From: an uncultured Gemmataceae bacterium
GTDB taxonomy: Bacteria; Planctomycetota; Planctomycetia; Gemmatales; Gemmataceae
DNA: 64,000 bases
NCBI GenBank assembly: GCA_963750165.1
Contig: CAVVPN010000003.1
Coordinates: forward strand, 2,752,001-2,816,000
Reading direction: 5' to 3'
The position numbers and the translations under genes were made by a program. Shown here piece after piece: positions 9,801 to 21,641 of the stretch (positions within the stretch are counted from its first letter, which is position 1; each line of letters begins with the position of its first letter). The notes under the pieces were generated by a model, which saw only the letters and a list, made by a program, of their open reading frames with translations, was not told the origin of the DNA and made no database searches.

Positions 9801-12583
9801 GCCCGCGACGCCCGCGTAGGGACCGCCAATGTTCGCGGTCGGGGCCACGTCGTCCGCGGTGATCGTATCAGTGCTGCCGAGTGTGGCGCCGGTTTGGTTG
9901 GTGGCGGTCAGCGTGACGGCGAAGGAGCCGCGGTCGTCGGGGGTGAAGGTGAACTGCGATCCGCTGCCGCTGGCAAAGGCAGTGCCGTTCTTGAGCACCT
10001 GCCAGGCATACGCATAGGTGGACCCCGCGGGCGGGTTACTGACGCTGCCAGTCAACGTGATCGGCGTGCCCTCCGGGCTGTGCCCCGACGTCGGCGCCCC
10101 CGTAATCTGCGCCTGAGGGGCGGGGGTCACGATGACAGTGGTCTGGTCGGTGCCGGTGCCGCCGTTCTGGTCCATGACGGTCAGGATGACGGTAAAGGCG
10201 CCACTGTTGACGTAGGTGTGGCTCGGGGAGGCGCCGGTGGCGGAGGTGCCGTCACCGAAGTTCCAGCTGTAGGAGAAGCCGGCCGCCGTGTCGGCCGGAT
10301 TCGAGTCGGTGGCGCTGGCGGCGAAGGCGATACTGGTGCCCGCGACGCCCGCGTAGGGACCGCCAATGTTCACGGTCGGGGCCACGTCGTCCGCGGTGAT
10401 CGTATCGGTGCTGTCGAGCGTGGCGCCGGTTTGGTTGGTGGCCGTTAGCGTGACGGCGAACGAGCCGGCGGCGTCGGGGGTGAAGGTGAACTGCGGGCCG
10501 CTGCCGCTGACGAAGGCGGTGCCATTCTGGAGCACCTGCCAGGCGTACGTGTAGGTGGACCCCTGCTGCGGGTTGCTGACGCTGCCGGTCAACGTGATCG
10601 GCGTGCCCTCCGGGCTGTCCCCCGACATCGGCGCTCCCGTGATCTGCGCCTGAGGAGCGGGAGCCACGGTGACGGTAGTCTGGGCGATGCTGGCGGTGCC
10701 GGCCTGGTCCGTGACGGTCAGGATGACAGTAAAGGCGCCACTGTTGAGATAGGTGTGGCTCGGGGAAGCGCCGATGGCGGTGTCGCCGTCGCCGAAGTTC
10801 CAGCTGTAGGAGAAGCCGGCCGCCGTGTCGGCCGGGTTCGGGTCGGTGGCGCTGGCGGCGAAGGCGATGTCAGTGCCCACGACGCCTGCATAGGGACCGC
10901 CGAGGTTCGCGGTCGGTGCCACGTCGTCCGCGGTGATCGTCGTGCTGGTGCTGCTCTGTTGGCCCGCCTGGTTGGTGGCCGTCAGCGTGACGGCGAAGGA
11001 GCCACGGTCGTCGGGGGTGAAGGTGAACTGCGCGCCGCTGCCAGTTGCGAAGGCGGCGCTATTCTTGAGCACCTGCCAGGTGTACGTGTAGGTGGACCCC
11101 GCGAGCGGGTTACTGACGCTGCCAGTCAACGTGATCGGCGTGCCTGCCGGGCTGTGCCCCGACGCCGGCGCCCCCGTGATCTGCGCCTGCAGCGCCAGGT
11201 CGGCCACGGTGACGGTGGTCTGGGCGGTGCCGCTGTCGCCGGCCTGGTCCGTGACGGTCAGGGTGACAGGGAAGGTGCCAGCGCCGGCGTAGCCGTGGCT
11301 CATGGTGGCGGTGGTAGTGGTGGCAGTGGTGCCGTCGCCGAAGTTCCAGTTGTAGGAGAAGCCGGCCGCCGTCTCGACCGGGCTCGGGTCCGTGGCGCGG
11401 GCGTTGAAGGCGATGCTGGAGCCGACGACGCCCGCATAGGGACCGCCGAGGTTCGCGGTCGGCGCCACGTCGTCCGCGGTGATCGTCGTGCTGGTGCTGC
11501 CCAGCTGGCCCGCCTGGTCGGCGGCGGTCAGGGTGATGGCGAAGGAGCCGATGCCGTCGGGGGTGAAGGTGAACTGCGGGCCGCTGCCGCTGGCGAAGGC
11601 GGCGCCGTTCTTGAGCACCTGCCAGGCATACGTGTAGGTGGGCCCCTGCTGCGGGCTGTTGACGCTGCCGGTCAACGTGATCGGCGTGGCCGCCGGGCTG
11701 TGCCCCGACGCCGGCGCCCCGTGATCTGCGCCTGCAGCGTCGAGTCGGTCACGGTGACGGTGGTCGGATTCGTGCCGACGGTGGGCCAGTCCCCGAAGAA
11801 TTCCGGGGAGGTCAGGATCAGGACCGCCACTTTCTCCAGGGAAGAATCGACGGTGGGGATCGTGCCGACGAACTGCTGGACGTTGAGTGGGTACTGGGAG
11901 TTGTCCGTGTCATGCGCCGTGGTGTAAGCCAGGCTGTGGAACCCAATGATGTCCCCGGGATCCTGGTCCTGCAGGCCGCGGACAAAGCCGGTGAGACCGG
12001 GCGCGTCCGCCGTGCGGTTCAGCAGGCTGACGTAGTCATTCCCGACCACCAGGGTCTCATTTTCCTTGGTAGTCAGGATGTCCAGGGCCACGGTGGCGTA
12101 ACTCTTTGGGGTTTGCAACTGCGCCGTCCAGCCCGATAGCTCCGCGTAACTCGGGGCGCGGCCGAGCAGGTTCTGGTAGAGCGACTGCACGAATTTGGTG
12201 GGGCCCGGGTGGTCGGCCAGGTATTCCGGCGAGGTCAGCAAGGCGGTCTGAACCTGAACTTCACTCAGGCCGCCGTTGGTGAAGCGGTTGACCCAGTGCT
12301 GCCGCTCCGCGGGGGTTTCGGTGCGGTCCAGGAAGCTCTGGTAGTACGAGTCTACTTGCAGGCCGCGGTGCTCCGGCGACAGCCAGATGCTAGCCACCAG
12401 TTGTGTGGCTGAGGAGGTTTGATCCAGCTGCACGCCGGCGGTGACCTCGGCCGCGGTCGGCGAGCGGTGCAGCACCTGCAGGTACAGGCCGTTCACGTAA
12501 CTGGCTGCGTCCGGCACCAGGCGCGCTTCCAACGTCTCAACGCCAAGGTTAATCTGCTGTTTCTTCGTCGAGATGCGACCCAT
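3801..12583 (-). CDS. Giant secreted PKD-repeat protein (~2,927 aa after repairing one frameshift): planctomycete N-terminal motif, DUF4214-like domain, 11 two-domain PKD/Ig units, C-terminal putative catalytic region
   Basis: ATG 12583 with GAGG upstream; 'LGVETLEARLVP'; 'YVNGLYLQVLHRSP' DUF4214-like; repeated WNFGDG. ORFs 11672-12751 and 3801-11675 join at CCCC 11717-11720, where sister repeats have CCCCC. Confidence 0.85.
5660..11735 (-). repeat. Intragenic tandem repeat, ~537-bp (179-aa) unit x11, interrupted by a Gly-Thr linker at ~6750-6880
   Basis: Near-identical units (equivalent positions 9292/9829/10366, spacing 537). Confidence 0.9.
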
Positions 12584-13426
12584 GGGGAAACCTCGTGTTT
12601 GTTGATGCCCACCTTCCCGCAATGCGAACACGGAAAAGGTTGAGGCAAAGGACTTCATCCGACGGTTCCCACCGAGGGCTGGCGCACACCGAATGCCAAC
12701 CCATTGGCACCCAGGCGCTGGTAGTGGATGACGCACGACGGCCGAAACCACGTTCAGGGTTGTGTGTGGGAGTGGGATTACACGTCATTAGTGAAGCGAC
12801 GCCGCACGGCGCAACTTCCTTGGAAAAGGGCTTGTTCCACAGCGGTTCTGCTGAAACCTGGAGCGATAACAGACCCGCGACTCAACCGCTCCACGGATAG
12901 ACCACGTGGAAAGGAAAATGCTTACAAAGCTCACCGGGTCGAATGGGCCAGAAGAATCGTTACGACCGGTCCCCTCGGCTTCAAGGCCTACGAGACACGC
13001 CTCGTTGCGAGATCAACGCCGGTGACTGTGTGTGGCACAGACCTAGGCCGTTGGATTACACGTTTACTCAAGTAAATGAAAAGTAGGTCTTGCGAGCAAG
13101 TTTGTCAATTGTGTTTTTTGCCTTTTTTTCTACTTTAGAGGCGATTTGTGGGGAATCTTCCGCTCCAATCCGCAACTTCGCGGCCGTCCGCAGACCAACC
13201 TGGGTTCATCTCCTGCCAAAGTCTGCACCCGCAGCCGACCCTCCGAATCGCCGGCCCCCGACCGTTACGTCTGTCTCAGCGCCTCGCGGTCAGCGCACGC
13301 GGCATCGAGTTTCTTGGCCAACTGGTGTTTCGTGGTCCGGTAACGGGACTGCATCGGCTGCCCTGATGGCCTGCGGGCCCACGAGAAATTGGGCTCTTTT
13401 GAACCATGCCTGAGATGAAACCGCCG

Positions 13427-15960
13427 CTATTCATTCCCCGAGCGTAACTCCCACCGCTGGCGTGTCCGATACGTCTCCACCACCCAGCGCCGGCCGTCGC
13501 CCCGGATCGTGACCGCCCCGTGCGTTGCCGTGCTGAGGAAGCGCACGCCCGCCCCCGCATACGCCGCCTCGGTGTCCCGGCTGCGCGGCGGCACCTGGCA
13601 CACAATCGCCACGCGCGGCGCCGTCCAGCCGATCAGCGCCGCGTGATCGACCGCCTTGCTGCCGTGGTGCGGCACCTGAATCACGTCCACCGGCACTGCC
13701 GGCAACAACCGCACCTGCTCCAGTCCCGCCCCCTCCAGGTCGCCGGTCAGCAGCAGCGACCGTTCGCCGTGCCGCAGACGCAGCACCAGGCTGCGCGTGT
13801 TCTCGATGCCGTCCGGCCCGTGCGGCGGCGGGTGCAGCACCTCGATGTCCATGTCGCCGGCGCAGGCGGTCGCCGCGCTTGACGATGCGCACCGGGACGC
13901 GATACCGCTCCAGCGCCGCAGCGCCGCCTCGACGCCGGGCGTGTCGCGCTGCGAAAAGCTCGGCGTCGTGCTGACCTGGCCGACGCTGAAGCGCTCCAGC
14001 AGCGCCGGAATGCCGTTGAAGTGGTCAAGGTCCGCGTGCGACAGGAACACCTCGTCGATACGGCGGACGCCGCGGCTCCACAGGAACGGCGCGATGTGGC
14101 GGGCGGTCACGTCGGGGCCGGCGATGGCGCCGGCGTCGTAGAGCAGCACGCGGCCGTCCGGCGTCTCGATCACCGTGCAACCGCCGTGACCGACCGCGAC
14201 GAACGTGCAGCGCAGTTCGCCCGGCGGCCAGCGCAGCAGCGCCGCCAGGCCGACGCACAGCCACAGCGCCGCCAGCAGTGCCGCCGGCCGCCAGTGTCGC
14301 CGGAGTGCTGGCACCGTCAGGAAGGCGAGCAGGCCCGGGTAGAAGACCCACAGCCACCAGACCGGCACGTCGCCGACATAGGTGTAGGCGCCGGCCAGCC
14401 GTCCGCGGCGCTGACGAGCACGTCGCAGGCGCCGAGCGTGACGTGCAGCAGCCACACGGCCGGCTGCGCCAGCGGCCAACACCACGGCGCCAGCGCCAGC
14501 ACCACGAAACCCGCCACCAGCGCGATGGAGGTCAATAACAACAGCGGCGGCCCCAGCACGACGCTAACCGGCGACACCAGATGCGTCCACGACACGGTGA
14601 GCGGTAACAGCGCCAGCCAGACGGCGAGCGTCACGGCATAGGCCGCCAGGATTTGCTTGCCCGTCCAGAGCAGGGCCTTTTGCCACGCCGGCCGCGCCGC
14701 CCAGATCAGTTCCTCCACGGGGTCGGGCGGCGCGGTCGCCCACCAGGGGCCGACGCCCCAGCACAGCACCGCCACCGCCAGGAACGAGAACTGACAGCCC
14801 CAGTTGAACACGTCCGTCGGGTTGAGCAGCGCCACCAGCAGCCACGCCAGCGCGAAGGCGTTCGGCAGCAGCACCGGCCGCTTCAGCAGCAGGCCGCCGC
14901 AGAAGGCGCAGACCATGACCGCGGCGCGCAGCACCGGCGGCCGGCCGCCGACCAGCACGGTGTAGCACAGCAACAGCGCCGTCACCGCCAGGCCGCCGCG
15001 CCGCCGCCGTACGCCCGCCAGCCGCAGCAGCGCCCACGCGAAGCCGGCCAGCACCACCATGTGCTGTCCCGAGATCGCCAGCACATGAATGACGCCGGTG
15101 CGGATGTACTTCTGCCAGTCCGCGCGCGTCAGTGTCGAGCCCTCGCCGAGCAGCAGCGCCATCGCCAGGCCCGCCTGCGGTTCCGGCAGCGCCTCGGCGA
15201 ACAGCCGCTGACCGCCGCCGCGCAACAGCGCCACCAGGCCGGCGGCGTGCCACGGCCAACGCCGATCCGTCAGCGTGACGCCATCCGGGCCGGGCCGCAC
15301 CGCCAGCACGGCGCCGATGTTCTGGTCGCGCAAATACTCGGCGTAATCGAACTCGCCCGGGTTGCCCGGCGACAGCGGGACGCTGAGGTTGCCGACGACC
15401 TCGATAGCGTCACCGCCGTGCAGTTCCGGCACCGGGCCGCGGGCGACCACCTGCGCCAGGCCGGACGCCGGCAGCCAGTCGTCGCGGCCCATGATCTGGC
15501 GGACGCGCAGCACGAACTGCGTCGAACCGCTCGGCGGGCGGGCGCGGAGCGGGTCGCGCGGCGGCGGCGCCGTCAGCACTGGCTCGCGCTCGACGGTGCC
15601 GCGCAGCAGCGCGGGCCGTGGTTCCGGCGCGGCGCAGTGGGCCACGTCTTCGGCCGGCGTCGCGCGGCGGTAGTGGTGACCGGCGGCCGCCAGGGCCGCG
15701 ACCGCCGCCCAGAGGAAGCAGGGGGCCAGCCCCGGCCGGCCGACGGCCTGGGCCCGCGCCCAGGCGCCGAGGGCGCCGGCGACGATTAGCAGGCCGACCA
15801 GGGGCGCCACGCCGAGGTGGCGGTCGAGGAGGATGCCCGCGCTGGCGGCGAGGGCCAGCGGCACCAGCGGCGCCTGCCAAACCCCGGCGCCAGTGGTGGG
15901 TTGGGTGCTGAAGGCCTGCACCAGCGTCGGGGCCGCGGCGGGGACCAGAGGCGAAGCCAT
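13427..15960 (-). CDS. comEC: ComEC/Rec2 competence protein (OB-fold, membrane competence domain, metallo-beta-lactamase domain); frameshifted near 14404 and 13860-13920
   Basis: NPGEFDY, TGVIHVLAISGQH, PVLRA, AVGHGGC, SHADLDHFNG, LLTGDLE, PHHGS. Confidence 0.9.
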
Positions 15961-16093
15961 GACGGGGCCTCTCGGGGAAGGTGGTTGATCGATAATGTAT
16001 ACCCGGAGCGGGTGCTTGACCGGGGCGGGGCAGGATGAAACAATAGTCAGGGTCCGCATCCCTAACTCGCTCGCACTACGATGGGAGGCGATC

Positions 16094-16975
16094 ATGACAC
16101 GCAAAGCACTGGTCGTGGAAGACGAGCAGGACACCGGTCTGTTGCTGGCCGAATACCTGCGCCGCTGGGGCTTCGAGCCGACGGTCCTGACCGACGGGAA
16201 CCCCGCCATCTCGTGGGTCCGCGAACACCAGCCGGACCTGATCCTGCTCGACCTGCTCTTGCCGGGCACCGACGGCTTCACCATCTGCGAGAACCTCAAA
16301 CTGGAGCGGCAGACGAACCTCATTCCGATCATCATGATTACGGCCCTGATCGCTCCGGAGGACAAGGTGCGCGGCCTGAAGGTCGGCGCCAACCAGTATC
16401 TGACCAAGCCCTTCACCGGCGCCGACCTCAACAAGGCCATTCAGGAAGTCATCGCCTGGCGGCAGGATCTGGAGCACAACGGCACTGAGGGCGAGGTCCA
16501 CTTCCACCTGCAGAGCGACACGCAACACCTGGACGAGTTGAATCACCTGCTCGGGTCGCTGTTCCTGTTCAGCGGCCTGGCACAGCACCAGGTGAAGCAG
16601 CTGACGACGGCGGTGCGTGAGCTGGGCACCAACGCCATCGAGTGGGGCCACCAGAAGCAGAAGGACCGCATCGTCACGGTGGTCTACCGCATCGACCCGG
16701 AGAAGGTGACCATCGTCATCCGCGACACCGGCTCCGGTTTCAACCCGAGCAACGTGCCGCACGCCGCCACCACGGACGACCCGGTCGGCCACATGATGGT
16801 GCGCGAGACGCTGGGGCTGCGCGAGGGCGGCTTCGGCATTCTGATGTCGCGCGGTCTGGTGGACGACCTGCAGTACAATGAAACCGGCAATGAGGTGCGG
16901 CTCATCAAGTACTTCCCGCCCCAGGCACATCTGAAACCGGACCAGAACGGATCGCAGGAGACGGTGCAGAAATGA
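16094..16975 (+). CDS. Response regulator receiver fused to RsbW-like HATPase_c (anti-sigma/Ser kinase-type) domain
   Basis: VVEDE, DLILLD, YLTKPF; ELGTNAIEWG, DTGSGF, GGFGILM; GGAGG RBS. Confidence 0.88.
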   Translation: MTRKALVVEDEQDTGLLLAEYLRRWGFEPTVLTDGNPAISWVREHQPDLILLDLLLPGTDGFTICENLKLERQTNLIPIIMITALIAPEDKVRGLKVGANQYLTKPFTGADLNKAIQEVIAWRQDLEHNGTEGEVHFHLQSDTQHLDELNHLLGSLFLFSGLAQHQVKQLTTAVRELGTNAIEWGHQKQKDRIVTVVYRIDPEKVTIVIRDTGSGFNPSNVPHAATTDDPVGHMMVRETLGLREGGFGILMSRGLVDDLQYNETGNEVRLIKYFPPQAHLKPDQNGSQETVQK

Positions 16976-18043
16976 GCGCTTTTGTGGCTCGGGTTTTCTG
17001 CCCCCTCCGATGGACGTTGCTCGTCCTGGTATTGTGCTGCCTGTTCGCGGCCGGCTGCAGCAGCGGCGGCAAGAGTCGCGTCGTGCTCTACTGTGCCCAG
17101 GATCGCGAGTTCGCCGAGGACGTGCTCAACACCTTCGAGAAGCGCAGCGGCTGGCCGGTGACGACGCGCTTCGACAGCGAGGCGAACAAGGCGGTCGGCC
17201 TGTACGAGGACTTGGTGCGCGAGGCCCGGCAGCCGCGCTGCGATGTGTACTGGAACAACGAGATCATCGCCACCCTCCGCCTGGCAAAGCAGGATCTGCT
17301 GGAGCCCTACGACAGCCCCGCCGCGGCCGCGTTCCCGCCGCAGTGGCGCGCAGGACCACACCTGGCACGCCTTCGCCGCCCGCGCTCGCATCCTGCTGCT
17401 CAACACCAAGCTGCTGCGCGACCGCGGTATCCCCGAGGACCAGTGGCCGCGCAGCCTCGACGATTTGACCGACCCGCGCTACTCAGACCAGATCGCGATG
17501 AGCAAACCGCAGGCCGGCACGTCGGCGACGCAGGCGGCGTGTCTGTTCGTGGCGTGGGGCGACGCGAAGGCCAAGGCGTGGTATCGCGGCCTGCGCAAGA
17601 ACGGCGTGCAGTTGGTGGCGGGCAACAAGCAGGTCGCGGAGGGCGTCGGTCAGGGTCAGTTCGCCATCGGCCTGACCGACACCGACGACGCGATGGCCGA
17701 GATCGAGGCCGGGCGGCCAGTGCGCCTGGTCTTCCCCGACGCGGACGCACCACCGAACAGCGGCCGCGGCGTGTTGTTTATCCCGAACACGGTGGCGCTG
17801 ATCCGCGGCGGACCCAATCGCGACGGCGGCCGGCAGCTGATCGACTATCTGCTGAGCGAGGAAGTCGAGGCAGAGCTCGCGAAGGCGGGCTATCACATTC
17901 CGCTGAACCCGGCTGTGAAAGTGGAGTTGCCGGAGGCGATGCGGCCGGCGCGGTCGGCGCGGCAGCTGCCGGTCGATTTCGAGCGCGCGGCGGCGCGGTG
18001 GGCGGAGGTGCAGGCGTTTCTGCGCGAGGAGTTCGGGTTGTGA
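16972..18043 (+). CDS. ABC transporter extracellular solute-binding lipoprotein (Fe3+/polyamine-like family); frameshift near 17350
   Basis: Lipobox FAAGC; VVLYCAQD, CDVYWNNE, GLTDTDD, IPNTVAL; ORFs 16972 and 17243 overlap in different frames. Confidence 0.82.
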
Positions 18044-18091
18044 GTTGGTTCGTGGGGCAGACAGGAATGTCTGCCCCACGAACCAACTCAC
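18040..18091. repeat. Perfect 24-bp inverted repeat (REP-like / bidirectional terminator) containing both convergent stop codons
   Basis: GTGAGTTGGTTCGTGGGGCAGACA-GGAA-TGTCTGCCCCACGAACCAACTCAC. Confidence 0.85.
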
Positions 18092-19504
18092 TTCTTCTTC
18101 GCCCGCTCCCAGATCGGCCCATACACTTCCTTGTCGAACGGCGGGCAGCCCGTGGCGAACTGCCCCTGTTCGTTGTGCTTGGCGCGCATCAGTGCGGTGC
18201 AGTAGCTGAAGGTGCGGCAGACACGCTTACGGTCGAGCCGGCCGTGCTCCTGCAACTGGCGCACGAAGTCCGGCTGCGCGAAGGCGGCGCGGCCGACGCC
18301 CACGAAGGTGACGCGGCCGGCGCTGATGTTGGCGGCGCCGGCCTGCGGCAGAAATTCCTGCAAGTAACTGTACCCGCTGCCGACCACCGGCAGGTCCGGA
18401 AAGCGCTGCTGCACCTGGCCCGCGAGGGCGAAATGACGGGCGACGCCGTGCAGCGGATGCTCCGGTGTCTCGTAACCGTCCGGCGGCGGGTACTCGAACG
18501 GCCGCGCCACGTGCGGCGTCGCGTATGGGCTGCCCATGCTCACGTTCACCAGTGCCACTCCCAGCTGCCGCAGTTCCTCCACATACGTCAGCGGCTCCGT
18601 CAGGTCCGACTTCAGCGGCTGCTCGGCGCTCGTGCCCCAGGCGCTGAGCACTGGCGGCTGCCACGGGCACGGCTCGCCGTCGTCACCGCCCGGCCGTTTG
18701 CGAAACGGCACGCAGTCGAAGACATTGAGCCGCGTCGCCACGATGAGGCCGGGCACCTCGGCGCGGATGCGGCCGATGATCTCGCGCCAGCCGCGTGCGG
18801 TTCTCCAGGCTGCCGCCGTATGGCCCCGGCCGCGTCCGCGCCGCCAGCAGTTCGTTGAGCAGATAACGATGACATTGCTTCACATCGACGAACTGAAAGC
18901 CGAGCTGATACGCCAGCCGGGCCACGGTCACGTAATGGTCGGTCAGGCGTTTCAGCTCGTCGTCGGTCAGCAGCGGATAGTCCGCGTCCACGGTGCGGCC
19001 GGTGGTTTTATCGACGACGGTGCGCGGGTCGAGGAGCGGGTCGTGAAAAGCAATCAGCGGCCGCCGATAGCTGTAGCGGCCGGAGTGGGTCAGCTGCAGG
19101 CCGACGATCAGATCGTCGTCGCTGCCGAACGCCGCGCGGTGGGCGGCGCGGCACTCGCGCAGCAGCCGGCCCAGGTCCGGCGCGGTGCGGTCGTTGAGCC
19201 ATAGCTGCCGCGCGTTGGCCCGACCCTCCTCGACGACCGCGGTGGCCTCGCCCCAGATGAGTTTGGCGCCGCCACCGCCGAAACGCTGATAGCGGCGGTA
19301 GGTCAACTCGTCGGGATGACCGTCGAGGGTGCCGTCACAGCCCTCCATCGGCTGCACGCACAGGCGGTTGCCGGCGCGCTGCGGGCCGACGAATGCGGGC
19401 TGGAACAGCGGCGTCAAATCCTCGCTGAACTCCAGGTCCAGGTCGAGGCGCGTGCATTCCGTGGCGAGGTCGGACAGACTGTGGAATTTGAAGTAACGGG
19501 CCAA
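18088..19504 (-). CDS. NADH:flavin oxidoreductase (Old Yellow Enzyme family); frameshift near 18785
   Basis: QPMEGCDG, WGEATAV, QLTHSGR, KQCHRYLLNE, YGGSLENRTR; C-terminal CRTFSYC. Confidence 0.85.
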
Positions 19505-19529
19505 CGCTTCCTCCCCTCGTCGTGGGCAT

Positions 19530-19654
19530 TAGAGCGGTTCGCGTTTGGGTAGCGCACAAGTCGTGGGACGGCTCTCCAGAGCCGTCAGCGTTCTCCCGAC
19601 GGCTCTGGAGAGCCGTCCCACGACTTGTAGTCCACGCGACTGGGAACCGCTCTA
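19530..19654. repeat. Nested palindromic element: REP doublet 19556-19628 inside outer TAGAGCGGTTC/GAACCGCTCTA inverted repeats
   Basis: ACAAGTCGTGGGACGGCTCTCCAGAGCCGTC and its exact reverse complement, 11-nt spacer. Confidence 0.8.
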
Positions 19655-19689
19655 GGCACTGGGCATTGGGCATTATTGCAGATTGCGAC

Positions 19690-19759
19690 TGGGTGTAGCG
19701 GAAGTCGCCAGACTTCCGAGCAGCACCGGACGGAAGTCTGGCGACTTCCGCTACACCCA
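19690..19759. repeat. GTAG-type REP doublet (REPIN-like), copy 1
   Basis: GTAGCGGAAGTCGCCAGACTTCCG...CGGAAGTCTGGCGACTTCCGCTAC; same arms at 31404-31463. Confidence 0.85.
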
Positions 19760-19839
19760 ACTGCGAACCGCTCAAGTTATCAGATTTGCAATCGAGAACC
19801 TACACGGTTGCCCTGAACGGGAACCCGGATAACTAATGC

Positions 19840-20589
19840 CTAATGCCTGGTGGCAACCAGCCACAGCCGCTGCGCCCCCAGGCGGAACGGCTCATCCTGC
19901 AAGCCGCCGTAGCCCTGCATGTCGCTGAAGCCGTGCGCCCGCAACAGCCCGCACAGTTCCCGATACGTGTAGACACGCTGCGAGAAACTACGCTTCTCCA
20001 CCTGACCGTCGCGGATGAACGTCAGCTCCGGCTCGATCCGGCTGGCCTCCAGGTCGTAGCCGTTGCGGATCAGGAACACCATGTCGCCCACATCGTACCA
20101 GCGCTGCTCGTGGAAGTTCGGCAGCACCGCCTCGGCCGCCGTCGAGGCGTCGAGTACCAGCCGCGCCCCCGGCTTCAGCGCCCGCGCCAGCGCCGCCACG
20201 AACGCCGTGTTGCCCTCCTCGTCCAGGTAGCCGAAGCAGGTCCCCAGACAGTACGCCCCGTCGAAAACCGCCTCCCACGGCAGGTCGCGCATGTCGCCCT
20301 CGCGCCACTCCACCGCGACGCCCCGGCCGACCGCCGCCGCCCGCGCGTGCTCCAGGAACTCCGGGGAAAGGTCGATGCCCGTCACCGCGTAGCCACGCGC
20401 CGCCAGTTCCACGGCGTGCCGGCCGCCGCCGCACGGCACGTCCAGCACGCCCGCCCCCGGCGGCAGTTGCAGGTGCCGTTCGAGGAACTCCACCTCCGGC
20501 AACGTCACCTCCGGGGTGCCGTGGTGCAGCCACATCTCGACCGTGATGCCGGTGAAAAACGTCTGATACCAGTCCGCCGGAACACCCAT
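19840..20589 (-). CDS. Class I SAM-dependent methyltransferase
   Basis: VLDVPCGGGRH, GIDLS, GDMRDL, LKPGARL; GGAGG RBS before ATG 20589. Confidence 0.9.
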   Translation of the reverse strand: MGVPADWYQTFFTGITVEMWLHHGTPEVTLPEVEFLERHLQLPPGAGVLDVPCGGGRHAVELAARGYAVTGIDLSPEFLEHARAAAVGRGVAVEWREGDMRDLPWEAVFDGAYCLGTCFGYLDEEGNTAFVAALARALKPGARLVLDASTAAEAVLPNFHEQRWYDVGDMVFLIRNGYDLEASRIEPELTFIRDGQVEKRSFSQRVYTYRELCGLLRAHGFSDMQGYGGLQDEPFRLGAQRLWLVATRH

Positions 20590-20789
20590 GTTACGCCTCC
20601 AACTCCTGGCCGTGACAAAAATAGCGGTGGGTGAAGTGAGACGAGAAGCTGCCTTCCCTGACAATTGTTATAGCATATGCCGGCGCACAAAACGGCGTGG
20701 TTTTTCTTGACTTCGCCCGGAGTTTCCGCGACGCTGAGCGCTCGGCAACCTGTTTCACCACTGTGGCATTCATGACGAGGGGGACCAAG

Positions 20790-21500
20790 ATGGTGCGGAA
20801 CGTGACGTGCTGGACGGCGGCGCTGGCCAGCGTGGCGGCGCTGGGGCTGACGCTGGGTCTGGCGGCGGCGCCGGCCCAGAACAAGGCGATCATGCCGTTC
20901 AACGGCAAGGATCTGACGGGCTGGAAATTCAAGGGCAACAAGGACAAGAGCAAGTGGATGGTCGGCAAGGCCAAATTAGACGAGAAGGCCCCGAACAAGC
21001 TGGCGGTGATGCCCTTCGTGCCCGGCGACCTCGTCAACGCGGCCGGCGGCGTGGACCTGTACACCGAGCAGAAGTTCGGCGACGGCGTCTTCGAGGTCGA
21101 GTTCATGGTGCCCAGGGGCTCGAACTCGGGCATCTATCTCATGGGCGAGTACGAGGTGCAGATCCTCGACAGCTTCGGCCGCAAAAAGGTCGGTCCCGGC
21201 GACCTGGGCGGCCTGTACAACGCCGCCGCTCCGAAGGTCAACGCGGCGAAGGCCCCCGGCGAATGGCAGAAGTTCGTCATTGACTTCCAGGCGCCGCGCT
21301 TCCAGGACGGCAAGAAGCTCAGCAACGCGAAGTTCGTGAAGGTGACACTCAACGACCAGGTGATTCACGAGAACGTCGAGATGAAGGGGCCGACGCCGGG
21401 CGGCCTGACCGGCAAGGAGGCAGCGACCGGGCCGCTGATGTTCCAGGGCGATCACGGGCCCGTCGTCTTCCGCACGATCCGGATCACGCCGAAGAAGTGA
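20790..21500 (+). CDS. Secreted DUF1080 (3-keto-disaccharide hydrolase-like) protein
   Basis: Signal peptide; FNGKDLTGW, NSGIYL, YEVQILDS, GEWQ, FQGDHG.V.FR.I. Confidence 0.88.
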   Translation: MVRNVTCWTAALASVAALGLTLGLAAAPAQNKAIMPFNGKDLTGWKFKGNKDKSKWMVGKAKLDEKAPNKLAVMPFVPGDLVNAAGGVDLYTEQKFGDGVFEVEFMVPRGSNSGIYLMGEYEVQILDSFGRKKVGPGDLGGLYNAAAPKVNAAKAPGEWQKFVIDFQAPRFQDGKKLSNAKFVKVTLNDQVIHENVEMKGPTPGGLTGKEAATGPLMFQGDHGPVVFRTIRITPKK

Positions 21501-21510
21501 AGGTTTTTTC

Positions 21511-21567
21511 CGTGGTGCAGGCGGCCCGGCTGCACGCCAGCTGTACAGGCGGGCCGCCTGCACGACG
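21511..21567. repeat. Imperfect REP-like doublet
   Basis: CGTGGTGCAGGCGGCCCGGCTGCAC...GTACAGGCGGGCCGCCTGCACGACG. Confidence 0.65.
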
Positions 21568-21641
21568 ACAGAGGTGATTGCGAAGCCGCCGGCTGGGCGG
21601 TAGAGTGTTACTGGGAGAGTTGGTCCCTGCGAGGTATTGTC

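Noticed and set aside
12595..13420. ORFs or ncRNA in the AT-richer region upstream of the PKD gene
   Set aside because: No coding signature or recognisable RNA family; treated as regulatory/intergenic
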